From a virus, in the IMG/VR virus record IMGVR_UViG_3300027801_000011, positions 32,001 through 96,000 of that record: a stretch of 64,000 bases of DNA; one strand, written 5' to 3'. Of the stretch, positions 8,580 through 17,190 are shown one piece after another (positions within the stretch are counted from its first letter, which is position 1; each line of letters begins with the position of its first letter). A model generated the notes under the pieces. The model made no database searches, was not told the origin of the DNA, and worked only from the letters and a program-made list of their open reading frames with translations. The translations under genes and the position numbers were made by a program.

Positions 8580-9716
8580 ATGGCGTTTACATCAGCAATA
8601 TCTAACCAAGTCGCCCGAAGTGTTAATAGTAGGGTTTCGGGTGTTATCTCCAAAGGACTAAAAGATGTTTTTGGTACTAACGGTGGATCGAACTCTTCAG
8701 ACACACGAGCTCTTGCTGCCAATGGTGGTGCAACGACTAAGAATTTTCAATATCCTCTAAACGTAGAAGGTGATGAACAACAGGGTCATTACATTATGTT
8801 TATGATCAATACTGCCCAACAACCAAAGATTGGTAAGGGTAAGGGCGGAGCACCAGCTACCCCTAGTTCAAACCAACAACAAAATGGCCCATCCAAAACA
8901 AACCAAGAAGCATTTAGAAGTGGTAGTGGTGGTAACACGCTATCTGCTAAACGTCCACCTAGTACTAGATTAGATACTGCAATATCTCTTTACATGCCAC
9001 CTAGTGTTACTGTTGCATATAAGGCAGAATATGTTGATGATGAAATTGGTGGTATGGCAGAGGCTGGTGTGAAAGCGGGCAATAAGATTATTGAAGCATT
9101 TAGTAGTGGTGGCATTAAGAGTGCAATGAAAGAAGGTGCTAGTCAGATAACTGGCACAGTACTCCCAGCAGTTGGACAAGTCGCTGGACAAGCAGTACTG
9201 GGCATGATGGATAAAGTTGCTCAAGGTTCTGGTACATTGGTACAATTACAAAGTGGTGTGGTGTTTGGTAGTAAATTCGAATTGCTCTTTAAGAACATTG
9301 GACGTAGACAGTTTTCTTTCTCATTCAACTTCTTACCGAAGAGTGAACAGGAAGTTATTATGGTTGCTCAGATATGTGACACATTCAAACGGCATATGAT
9401 GCCTAGTGTTGCTGAGTCCATGAACGTAGGTAGTATTTCACTCAAACAACCAAAAGGACGCCTCCTGACAATTCCTGATACATTTGATATACAGTACATG
9501 TATCAAAGTAAAGAGAACCCATTTCTCAATAAGATTTCAACGTGCTATCTTACAGGTGTTGACGTATCGTATGGTGGTGATAAGTACTCCACATTCGAAC
9601 CAGTTCAACATCCAATTACTAAAGGTATTGGGCCTGCTCCACAGAAGACTAGTATTAAACTAGATTTCAATGAAATTGAGATCATGACTAAAGAACGTAT
9701 AGAGGAGGGCTACTAA
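8580..9716 (+). CDS. gp48: baseplate tail tube cap
   Basis: QYPL, GHYIMF, ISLYMPP, RQFSFSFNFLPKSEQE, PDTFDIQY, CYLTGVDVSY, FNEIEIMTKERIEEGY. Confidence 0.9.
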   Translation: MAFTSAISNQVARSVNSRVSGVISKGLKDVFGTNGGSNSSDTRALAANGGATTKNFQYPLNVEGDEQQGHYIMFMINTAQQPKIGKGKGGAPATPSSNQQQNGPSKTNQEAFRSGSGGNTLSAKRPPSTRLDTAISLYMPPSVTVAYKAEYVDDEIGGMAEAGVKAGNKIIEAFSSGGIKSAMKEGASQITGTVLPAVGQVAGQAVLGMMDKVAQGSGTLVQLQSGVVFGSKFELLFKNIGRRQFSFSFNFLPKSEQEVIMVAQICDTFKRHMMPSVAESMNVGSISLKQPKGRLLTIPDTFDIQYMYQSKENPFLNKISTCYLTGVDVSYGGDKYSTFEPVQHPITKGIGPAPQKTSIKLDFNEIEIMTKERIEEGY

Positions 9717-10240
9717 TGTATTTTGCAGCATTCCCTAAGATATATTACGATGGTAAAGGAGATGGACACTTCAAGGTAGTAACTAATTTCTTACGCCGAG
9801 TAGCAGTACGTACCAAACTAAAAACACATGGAGCCCTATTCGATACCTATGATGTTAAAGAGGGTGAAACTCCAGAGATGATTGCACACAAACTGTATGG
9901 AGATTCAGAGTACCATTGGGTGGTACTGCTTATGAATGATGTAGTTGATAGGTTCCACGGGTGGCCAATGTCTACTCCACAGTTCCTAGCATTTGTTGAA
10001 GAGAAGTACGACAGTGCAGATGATATACATCATTACGAAATAGATTCTGTGTCTGGGCCTGTTAAGAAGATCGACATAGGTAAGGACAATACAGATTACC
10101 CTATGGCTAGTATTGTTACTAACATAGAATTTGAAGAGGCAGAACAGGATAAGAAACGGAAGATTAAACTACTAGACCCACGATACTTAGAACAATTTAC
10201 GACAGAATATAAAGCAATAATGTCGGAGTCGCAGATATAA
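9716..10240 (+). CDS. gp53: baseplate wedge protein
   Basis: MYFAAFPKIYY, YDVKEGETPEMIAHKLYGDSEYHWVVLLMN, KRKIKLL. Confidence 0.93.
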   Translation: MYFAAFPKIYYDGKGDGHFKVVTNFLRRVAVRTKLKTHGALFDTYDVKEGETPEMIAHKLYGDSEYHWVVLLMNDVVDRFHGWPMSTPQFLAFVEEKYDSADDIHHYEIDSVSGPVKKIDIGKDNTDYPMASIVTNIEFEEAEQDKKRKIKLLDPRYLEQFTTEYKAIMSESQI

Positions 10241-10241
10241 A

Positions 10242-11690
10242 ATGGTTGATACTATTGGTAATGCCGGCGAATTCTCACTTGAATTAGTGCAGATAATCGC
10301 TGCAGACGGAACAGAACTAGACATTACATCAAATGTCATGGAGATCGATATATACGAAGATATTGAATCTCCATGCATTAGAGGTACAATAGCATTCAAT
10401 GATCCGATAAACTTTATGAACACACTGCCTGTTGTAGGGCAAGAGATGATTCGGGTACAGGTTAAAACTCCTTCATTCAAAACCTCAGAAGAAATCATAG
10501 AGTACCTATTCTACATGTACACGATTAGGTCTATGGTTGAAACCAATCCAAACAGCAATGTTGTTGTTATGGAATTCAGTTCTGTTGAATATATTGTCGA
10601 TGCTAGGAAGAGAGTCAACAGGACGTTAAAGGGTACGTGGTCAGATATAGTTACAGCCATAGTACGAGGTGATCTAGAAAGCACCAAAGATGTATGGGCT
10701 GAACCTACCGCAGGCATTAAACAAATAATGGCCCCAGACATTTCTCCATTAGCTGTTATTAAGAACGCTAAGAGGGAGGCTATATGTACTGAGTTCGGTT
10801 CGCCCACATATCATTTCTATGAGACAACACAGGCATTTCATTTCAGATCATTAGAGAGTTTGTACACAAAGGAAATTGCTGGATACTACACCACAGCACC
10901 ACAGGGCGGATTAGAGAAGAGAAATAAGGGTATGCCCAATGTCCTTGCAGACTTCCAGAAGATAAGAGAATGGACAATAGACCAGACACGTGATACCCTA
11001 TCTAACAGTGCAAATGGCATGTGGTCATCTGAAACCATTGAGCATGACATATTCAACAAGACGTTCACTACAACCAATTATAACTATTTCGATTCCTTTG
11101 AGACTGAGAAACATATAGACGATTTCGATGAGAAGACTACTTCACAGCCTCTCTTTAGTGCTGGTGCTGTAGATGATTCTAATGGTAGGTTGTCAGACTA
11201 CTATAAGAAGAGTTATCTGTTGCCAGTATCAATCAAGGATAAGACATCTGGTAGTGACTCACATTACACAAATTCCAAGGGTCGATATCCTTTCACTGGA
11301 TATAATCCCAGTAAGTGGATAGGTAGACGCACATCCACAGTAGAGCAAGTTAATGCAGGCCTTAGTATAACCATGACTGTTGATGGATACACTGCCATTC
11401 ATGCTGGTGATGTTGTAGAATTAGAACTGCCCTCCTCTAGTCAGAATAAGAGTGCAGACGGACAAACGGTTGATAGGTGGTTTCGTGGTAAATTCCTTAT
11501 TAGGAATATGAAACACTCATTTAGTGTGACTACGGGTAAGCATGAAATCATGATGCAATGTGTTAAGGACAGCACAGCATCTCAACCAGAAGGTGATCCC
11601 AAAGAACCTAGTCCACAACCAAAACAATACGGCAAGTCAAATCAATTGGCGCCGAAGACATATAACAAACGTAGCGATTTCTACGGATAA
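10242..11690 (+). CDS. baseplate hub protein (gp27-like)
   Basis: IDIYEDIESPCIRG, LPVVGQE, FYET..FHFRSLESL, GKFLIRNMKH; follows gp53. Confidence 0.65.
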   Translation: MVDTIGNAGEFSLELVQIIAADGTELDITSNVMEIDIYEDIESPCIRGTIAFNDPINFMNTLPVVGQEMIRVQVKTPSFKTSEEIIEYLFYMYTIRSMVETNPNSNVVVMEFSSVEYIVDARKRVNRTLKGTWSDIVTAIVRGDLESTKDVWAEPTAGIKQIMAPDISPLAVIKNAKREAICTEFGSPTYHFYETTQAFHFRSLESLYTKEIAGYYTTAPQGGLEKRNKGMPNVLADFQKIREWTIDQTRDTLSNSANGMWSSETIEHDIFNKTFTTTNYNYFDSFETEKHIDDFDEKTTSQPLFSAGAVDDSNGRLSDYYKKSYLLPVSIKDKTSGSDSHYTNSKGRYPFTGYNPSKWIGRRTSTVEQVNAGLSITMTVDGYTAIHAGDVVELELPSSSQNKSADGQTVDRWFRGKFLIRNMKHSFSVTTGKHEIMMQCVKDSTASQPEGDPKEPSPQPKQYGKSNQLAPKTYNKRSDFYG

Positions 11691-11760
11691 CCAAAGGAGA
11701 GTCCACATCAGTCAGCGTAACAAGTTTATCTCAGAACGAATTAAAGCAAAGGAACTCAAA

Positions 11761-11937
11761 ATGGCTAAAACAAAAAACAGAATCAAAAATATGACATTTC
11801 AGACCCAACCTCGCCAGATGGAACCGTTAACCCCCCTTTCAGAAAGTGATAAATATATTGCGAACCTACAGAGATACAGTTACAAAGAACTAGGACAATT
11901 AGATGAAAAGATACCACGAACTACTGCCCTTGCTTGA
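11761..11937 (+). CDS. small hypothetical protein
   Basis: AAGGA SD before ATG 11761; overlaps next start. Confidence 0.45.
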   Translation: MAKTKNRIKNMTFQTQPRQMEPLTPLSESDKYIANLQRYSYKELGQLDEKIPRTTALA

Positions 11938-12589
11938 AGGGGTGTACGACAAAAATATCTTTAAAGCAGTCTTCCTCGCTGGTGGGCCTGGTAGCGGCAA
12001 ATCTTATGTCGTTGGCCAGACCACTGGTGGGTTGGGCCTTAAAGTAGTCAATTCAGATGATAATTTTGAAAGACTATTAGATAAGGCAGGGCTGACTAAG
12101 AAGATGGATACTAAACGAGGTGAACGTGAGGCAGAAAAAAGAGATGTCGTGCGGGATCAGGCTAAGAGTATCACTGATAAACAGAAGAACACCTATGTTG
12201 ATGGTCGCCTTGGGTTGATCATTGATGGTACTGGACATGACTTTGAAAAGATTAACAGGATGTCTTCGAAACTGAGGATGTTAGGATATGAGACATATAT
12301 GGTCTTTGTTAACACTTCTCTAGACGTTGCACTACAATCCAATGCAGAAAGAGACAGAGTTGTACCTAGTGCTATTGTTGCTAAGTCCCATAAAGCAGTG
12401 CAGTCTAATCTAGGTAAATTCAGTAATCATTTCAGAGGCAATCTAGTCATCGTGGACAATAACGACAGAACACAGGAACCTATTAAGCTAGCCACTAAAC
12501 AGGTTAGACGTTTGCTTAAGAAACCAGTAAACACCTCAATATCAAAGAATTGGATCGCTGGTGAGATGGAGAAGAAAAGAGCTAAATAA
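11903..12589 (+). CDS. zeta-toxin-like P-loop kinase
   Basis: AVFLAGGPGSGKS Walker A, VNSD, LIIDGTG, MVFVNTSLDVAL, VDN. Confidence 0.75.
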   Translation: MKRYHELLPLLEGVYDKNIFKAVFLAGGPGSGKSYVVGQTTGGLGLKVVNSDDNFERLLDKAGLTKKMDTKRGEREAEKRDVVRDQAKSITDKQKNTYVDGRLGLIIDGTGHDFEKINRMSSKLRMLGYETYMVFVNTSLDVALQSNAERDRVVPSAIVAKSHKAVQSNLGKFSNHFRGNLVIVDNNDRTQEPIKLATKQVRRLLKKPVNTSISKNWIAGEMEKKRAK

Positions 12590-13152
12590 TGAATTTTTGG
12601 GAAACTCTTGACTCTTGGGCAGACAACGATCTAACAGACCTACTTCATGATCACGTAGACAATCACGCCACCATGCTCTCTGAGTGTGAGGCGTTTGAGC
12701 ATTGGACACGGGTAGATGAAAACTATGGATTCTGGACACCAGATTCAATAAAGAACCATATCAAAGGCATTGCACCTAATATCGCCAAGTCATCACCACA
12801 TGGCCCTTGGGATAGGTGGTTTGCTATGCCCACAGAAGAAGACTTCCCCACACTACACAAATACCTCTATTCACACAGTGAATACAAGAACCCCATCATA
12901 TCTAAGCTTGGCCCAGGAGCTCAACTAGCTCCCCATTCACATCCTAAACAAAAAATGCTTTATAATATGTCGATTAACTACCCAGAAGGGTGTCAATTTG
13001 CGGTGTATCCTACAGGACTTATACCATATAAGGCAGGAGATGTGTATAAAATCAAGGTTCAGCAGGAACATGCGGTATATAACCGCTCTAATAGTGACAG
13101 ATATCATGTTCAAATAGCAGATGTTGCAGATATGTCACGCATCTTCAGATAA
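12589..13152 (+). CDS. Asp/Asn beta-hydroxylase-like 2OG-Fe(II) oxygenase
   Basis: LGPGAQLAPHSH..EHAVYNRSNSDRYH double-stranded beta-helix motifs. Confidence 0.7.
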   Translation: MNFWETLDSWADNDLTDLLHDHVDNHATMLSECEAFEHWTRVDENYGFWTPDSIKNHIKGIAPNIAKSSPHGPWDRWFAMPTEEDFPTLHKYLYSHSEYKNPIISKLGPGAQLAPHSHPKQKMLYNMSINYPEGCQFAVYPTGLIPYKAGDVYKIKVQQEHAVYNRSNSDRYHVQIADVADMSRIFR

Positions 13153-13173
13153 TTTAAAAATAATGCATTTAAT

Positions 13174-13214
13174 GTACGATTTCGCTTGACATTACCCTTT
13201 GGATGGTCTATACT
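13174..13214 (+). promoter_or_regulatory. early sigma70 promoter with upstream GTACGATTTCGC box
   Basis: TTGACA(13186)-N17-TATACT(13209). Confidence 0.85.
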
Positions 13215-13243
13215 AAGGTATAAACTGAGAAAAGGAAGACAAG

Positions 13244-13543
13244 ATGTTAATTAGTAATTGGAAAGAGAATTTTAAAGGCACTGGCGTTTGGGAAGCAACT
13301 AACTGCATCTCAGGCAATATCTCGCAGAGTCCTAAACTTGTCGGCGATGCCCCCGATGGATGGGGTCATAAAACAAGCTTTACGGCATTTGGTGGTTTCG
13401 GTGAAATCATGAATATGGGTGAGGCGTTTGAGACTTTTGAGGAGGCCGCTGAATTTATGGAGGCGTGCTTCACTTGGGAAGTTGAACTCAACGGACGCTC
13501 CCTTACTCTAACAGGTGATAGGGTGAACCTCAATGATGAATAA
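13244..13543 (+). CDS. hypothetical early protein
   Basis: AAGGA SD; first gene after strong promoter. Confidence 0.7.
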   Translation: MLISNWKENFKGTGVWEATNCISGNISQSPKLVGDAPDGWGHKTSFTAFGGFGEIMNMGEAFETFEEAAEFMEACFTWEVELNGRSLTLTGDRVNLNDE

Positions 13544-13805
13544 TGAATTCGTATTCCTTTCCCCCGAAGTCTCTAGTAAGACTAGAGATGTCATGGGCTT
13601 TGATGACTGTGGCACAGGGGAGAATATCATGATAAACTCTTCTTGGATGATGGCTCATATCATGCACCGAATCGGTTTGTTCCCAAGTGTGGGAATCGCC
13701 CGTAAAAATGGGTGGAATAAGGCCATTCCAGAGGGCTTTTCGGAGTGGACGGTAGGAAAAAATAAAATAAAAGTTTGGATTCTCAATGAATTCAATGAGT
13801 TATAG
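13533..13805 (+). CDS. hypothetical early protein
   Basis: Overlapping start; MAHIMHRIGLFPSVGIARKNGW. Confidence 0.7.
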   Translation: MMNNEFVFLSPEVSSKTRDVMGFDDCGTGENIMINSSWMMAHIMHRIGLFPSVGIARKNGWNKAIPEGFSEWTVGKNKIKVWILNEFNEL

Positions 13806-13806
13806 G

Positions 13807-13847
13807 GTACGATTTCGCTTGACAAAACCCTTTAGTGCTGTTATACT
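13807..13847 (+). promoter_or_regulatory. early sigma70 promoter with the same upstream box
   Basis: GTACGATTTCGC-TTGACA(13819)-N17-TATACT(13842). Confidence 0.85.
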
Positions 13848-13880
13848 ATGTATATAATGAGAGTTAACAAAGAGAAAGAT

Positions 13881-14123
13881 ATGATTATGAAAAACGATTT
13901 TGCAATGTTTACCACTAAAGGTAATAATGAAGTTGGTAAGTTAGTTGATGCCGCTATCGCTGGTGAATGGAAGTGGGAAAAGACTTCTTATGCCTTGGCT
14001 TTACTTGGTGGAACTGAGATTGGTGGTGAATTTGAAGAAGCCACGGATACTGCTGTTAGAGAAGCAGTTTGGGAAGCCATGATTACTTACAATCCTGGCA
14101 TGGACTATGGAGTAACAAAATAA
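13881..14123 (+). CDS. hypothetical early protein
   Basis: Start moved downstream of -10 box; FAMFTTKGN..EATDTAVREAV. Confidence 0.7.
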   Translation: MIMKNDFAMFTTKGNNEVGKLVDAAIAGEWKWEKTSYALALLGGTEIGGEFEEATDTAVREAVWEAMITYNPGMDYGVTK

Positions 14124-14527
14124 TGGTTATGGTTAATAAAAAGTTCGACAATATCGATGACGGTATTGCAAATATGATCGCTGCTGCGAATTATGATTAT
14201 GATAATTTCAACGTGAGTGATGACATGAAGGCCGACTTTAAGAAGGGTTGGGAGATCAAGAAAGGTTCTAAGTACATCAAGATTAATACTAAGAACTCTG
14301 CTTGGGGATTCGTTGTCAACACTGATGACGATAAGAAGTTCATGAAGGGCGACTTGCTCATGTGTGCTGGTTATAAGGCCCCTGCTAGAAATGGTGCAAG
14401 AGGTAACGTCCTTGAAGGTGGTTTCGAAATCCGCTGGACTGGCCCTCTCTACTTGGTAGATAAAGGTCGAAAGGCCGCAAATTGGGGCAACCCTGCCGCA
14501 AAACTTAGCATTAACATTGGAGGTTAA
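14123..14527 (+). CDS. conserved phage hypothetical protein
   Basis: TAATG coupling; GSKYIKI..SAWGFV..KGDLL..KAPARN..RGNV..IRWTGPLYL. Confidence 0.75.
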   Translation: MVMVNKKFDNIDDGIANMIAAANYDYDNFNVSDDMKADFKKGWEIKKGSKYIKINTKNSAWGFVVNTDDDKKFMKGDLLMCAGYKAPARNGARGNVLEGGFEIRWTGPLYLVDKGRKAANWGNPAAKLSINIGG

Positions 14528-14529
14528 TT

Positions 14530-14658
14530 ATGGAAAACCCTAACACATTTCGAGAGAAATTCATCACGTTCAGCAGGATTGCTGGAGACACCCTTGCTAT
14601 CTTGTCTATCTTTGGCATGGGTTACGTTTGTTTGGTAGTTTTTGGAGATAGATATTAA
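14530..14658 (+). CDS. 42-aa single-TM peptide (not in ORF track)
   Basis: GGAGG SD; MENPNTFREKFITFSRIAGDTLAILSIFGMGYVCLVVFGDRY. Confidence 0.65.
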   Translation: MENPNTFREKFITFSRIAGDTLAILSIFGMGYVCLVVFGDRY

Positions 14659-14666
14659 AAAGGTAC

Positions 14667-14695
14667 TTGACATCTTGGTGATGTTATGGTAGTAT
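14667..14695 (+). promoter_or_regulatory. sigma70 promoter with extended -10
   Basis: CTTGACA-N17-TAGTAT with TG upstream of -10. Confidence 0.75.
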
Positions 14696-14701
14696 AATAA
14701 C

Positions 14702-14945
14702 ACTGAAGGAAGACTTCTGGAGATGGGTTTAGTGACTTTTCCCATCTAGGGCATAACGCCACTGTTAGTCTTTCATTCGGATTTCCTCTGGTAATCAAAC
14801 TACCCCCCAGAGGAATAGCAAGAGGGACGCAGCTCGAAACGCCAAAGATAAAATCAAGGCGACAACAAGGCGGGGTATTGGTGATGTACGTACTACCATT
14901 AAAGATGTACCGCTGTTGGGGGTCAGCGTTAACAAAACCCCCACT
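14702..14945 (+). ncRNA. candidate multi-stem structured RNA
   Basis: ORF-free; starts at predicted TSS; at least 7 stems plus possible pseudoknots. Confidence 0.65.
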
Positions 14946-14971
14946 TATTGGTTTCTAATGGAAGAAAGTAT

Positions 14972-15283
14972 ATGTCTAAAATTGACGCTCTAATGAAAAC
15001 TTACGAAGGTGTGGAAACTGTTTCTGTTATCCATGCCGCTATGGATGATGCAATCAGTCCAACTGTGGTTGCAATGGTCGAAGTCTCTAGTGGACTTAGC
15101 GATACTGCTAAGTTAGAGAAGGCCTTCATGTTGACGAACTCTATTAATGATGCATGGTGGAATAACAAAGATGTTACCCCTATGTTCAGCGAGAAAGGTT
15201 GTCGATCTACTATGGTTGGAGACATGGTGCTAATCGGTACTGTGAAATATAAATGTGACTCAATGGGATGGAGTAAAGTATAA
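14972..15283 (+). CDS. conserved phage hypothetical protein
   Basis: LEKAFMLTNSINDAWW..RSTMVGD motif. Confidence 0.7.
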   Translation: MSKIDALMKTYEGVETVSVIHAAMDDAISPTVVAMVEVSSGLSDTAKLEKAFMLTNSINDAWWNNKDVTPMFSEKGCRSTMVGDMVLIGTVKYKCDSMGWSKV

Positions 15284-15426
15284 TGTGGAAGTTTAAATCA
15301 AATGTGTATGGGGGGACTGCCCCTGCCGTAGTACGGCGGTTGAAGAGACAGGATGTCGATTTGTCTGATTCAGTTAGTCGGGCGAAGTTTGGATACAACT
15401 ATTTGGAGTATGTGTCCAATGATTAA
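15283..15426 (+). CDS. 47-aa hypothetical protein (not in ORF track)
   Basis: TAATG coupling; MWKFKSNVYGGTAPAVVRRLKRQ.. Confidence 0.5.
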   Translation: MWKFKSNVYGGTAPAVVRRLKRQDVDLSDSVSRAKFGYNYLEYVSND

Positions 15427-15706
15427 AGCGATGTTGATTGTTGCCTCTATGGGCATCAATACGGAGATGCCTGATATGGACTCTTGCTTAAAAGCAAGGG
15501 CCATGATCATGTCCCAAGATTCTTCAATCAAGAGTCTATGTGTACCAAAGGCGGCCGATAGTGATAAGATGAAGGAGATGTTCGGCGTCTTCATGGATAT
15601 GATTGATAGAATAAAGGAGTATGAAGAACTTGATAGATTCAATAGAGAAGAAGATAGACAGTGCTGTACGGATGAGGGAAATCTCGACTACAGACTGGGC
15701 TCGTAA
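15419..15706 (+). CDS. hypothetical protein
   Basis: MIKAMLIVASMG.. hydrophobic N-terminus, C..CVP pair. Confidence 0.6.
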   Translation: MIKAMLIVASMGINTEMPDMDSCLKARAMIMSQDSSIKSLCVPKAADSDKMKEMFGVFMDMIDRIKEYEELDRFNREEDRQCCTDEGNLDYRLGS

Positions 15707-15767
15707 TTACTGGACGATGGTAGTTAAACAACTCCTTGCAATCGCAACGAGGGTCGAACCTAAATAA
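15621..15767 (+). CDS. 48-aa hypothetical protein (not in ORF track)
   Basis: AAGGAG SD; MKNLIDSIEKKIDSAVRMREISTTDWARNYWTMVVKQLL. Confidence 0.65.
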   Translation: MKNLIDSIEKKIDSAVRMREISTTDWARNYWTMVVKQLLAIATRVEPK

Positions 15768-15785
15768 TAATGAAAGAACTATAGA

Positions 15786-16028
15786 ATGATCGATGACGAA
15801 AAGCTAATGGAACTCTATAATAAGAGTTTCGTTCAAACCGTACAATTATCAGAAGAGTACAGCGTTCTCGCTGTCGCTGCAACCTTGTTAGGTCAGTCGA
15901 TGAGATTGTATAAAACTGTTTTGGATGAAGATGAGTTTTATGATATGATTGAGGCGTTTACTGAAACGGTGGGAGAGATCAAACCGTATGACCCTCAAAT
16001 GATAGCAGAAGGGTCTACAATCCATTAA
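15786..16028 (+). CDS. hypothetical protein
   Basis: 80 aa ORF in operon. Confidence 0.7.
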   Translation: MIDDEKLMELYNKSFVQTVQLSEEYSVLAVAATLLGQSMRLYKTVLDEDEFYDMIEAFTETVGEIKPYDPQMIAEGSTIH

Positions 16029-16040
16029 AAAGGGGCGGAA

Positions 16041-16364
16041 ATGGTAACTATTACAGAAGCAGCACGAAAATATATGAAGAGTGTTATCTTATATGGTGAC
16101 TTTGTAACGCTTGGTGTTAAGGGCGGTGGGTGTTCAGGCTTTCAATATGTCTGGGGACTCAAGAATGGTGATCTGCAAGGTATGACTGAAAACGTGAAGT
16201 GGTCAGACCCTATTGATGAGGTACTAGTATTAGACCCATTGGCAGAGATGTATATCATGGGCAGCGAAATAGATTATGTCACCGAATTGGGTGGATCATA
16301 TCTCGCAGTCAAGAACCCCACTAGTAAGAGTAGCTGTGGTTGTGGCGAGAGTTTTGGAGTATAG
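16041..16364 (+). CDS. iscA: IscA/HesB A-type Fe-S carrier
   Basis: GVKGGGCSGFQY, GSEIDY, NP..SSCGCGESF. Confidence 0.93.
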   Translation: MVTITEAARKYMKSVILYGDFVTLGVKGGGCSGFQYVWGLKNGDLQGMTENVKWSDPIDEVLVLDPLAEMYIMGSEIDYVTELGGSYLAVKNPTSKSSCGCGESFGV

Positions 16365-16863
16365 CGTCTTGTGGCGTAGACTGAACATACAATATGATAT
16401 CGATCAGATCAAATGGGAATACGAAAATACCAAGAACATGTTGTCTTGGTATGACTCCATTGGCGGTTCGAAGCAACTGGCATTACAGTCCTATGATGGT
16501 GATCCTACCCCATATAAGAGTGGCTGTGGTAGCATGAAGCGTCAGCCAGGTATGACAGAGTACGATTATAATGTGATAAATCCCGCTTTCAATAAAGGCA
16601 TATTTTCTAGGATAATCACCCCATATCATCGTGCTAGATTCATGACAATGATTAAACACAGTACATATAGTGTACACAAGGATAAATCACCTCGCCTTCA
16701 TATGGCAATAGACACACACCCCCATGCATATTTCTTTTGGCCTGACACCAAAGAGGTTGTACATATACCAGCAGATGGTTTTGTGTATTGGGTGGACACT
16801 ACAGAGAATCACACATTTGTCAATGCAGGGCCAGATAGAACGCATTTAGTTATGGTCGAATAG
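16276..16863 (+). CDS. Asp/Asn beta-hydroxylase-like oxygenase (true start probably near 16340-16360)
   Basis: RARFM..YSVHKD.SPRLH..HIPADG.VYWVDTT..HTFVNAG.DRTHLV. Confidence 0.7.
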   Translation: MSPNWVDHISQSRTPLVRVAVVVARVLEYSVLWRRLNIQYDIDQIKWEYENTKNMLSWYDSIGGSKQLALQSYDGDPTPYKSGCGSMKRQPGMTEYDYNVINPAFNKGIFSRIITPYHRARFMTMIKHSTYSVHKDKSPRLHMAIDTHPHAYFFWPDTKEVVHIPADGFVYWVDTTENHTFVNAGPDRTHLVMVE

Positions 16864-16872
16864 GAGATTATT

Positions 16873-17190
16873 ATGGACATCAAGAGCAAGTACACATACG
16901 TGACTAACAATAAGGATGAGACTCAATGTATTGGACTCACGCCTGAAGCTAGTACATTCCAAGGTGTAATATACAAATACGGCAAGGTGTCAGCACCTAA
17001 CCCAGATGAATTAAATTCAGAAGGGGACTTGCCTTTACGGTTCGACTATGATATAGTAGATAATAATTCGCTTCCAGAAGAATGGTTGAGAAGCGATGAA
17101 TTTCATACACTCATTGGTGATATCCTTGTGGATATTATGGATGAACAACTAACTAAAGGAACATTGAATTTTGCCAACACAGACGATTGA
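16873..17190 (+). CDS. conserved T4-like hypothetical protein upstream of gp41
   Basis: GVIYKYGKV..LRFDYDI..F..LIGDILVDI; AGGAG SD. Confidence 0.75.
   Translation: MDIKSKYTYVTNNKDETQCIGLTPEASTFQGVIYKYGKVSAPNPDELNSEGDLPLRFDYDIVDNNSLPEEWLRSDEFHTLIGDILVDIMDEQLTKGTLNFANTDD
17029..17057 (+). promoter_or_regulatory. internal sigma70 promoter for helicase
   Basis: CTTGCCT-N17-TATAGT. Confidence 0.5.

Noticed and set aside
14702-14945. tRNA or tmRNA identity for the structured RNA
   Set aside because: No T-arm GTTC(G/A)A motif, acceptor stem or CCA end found
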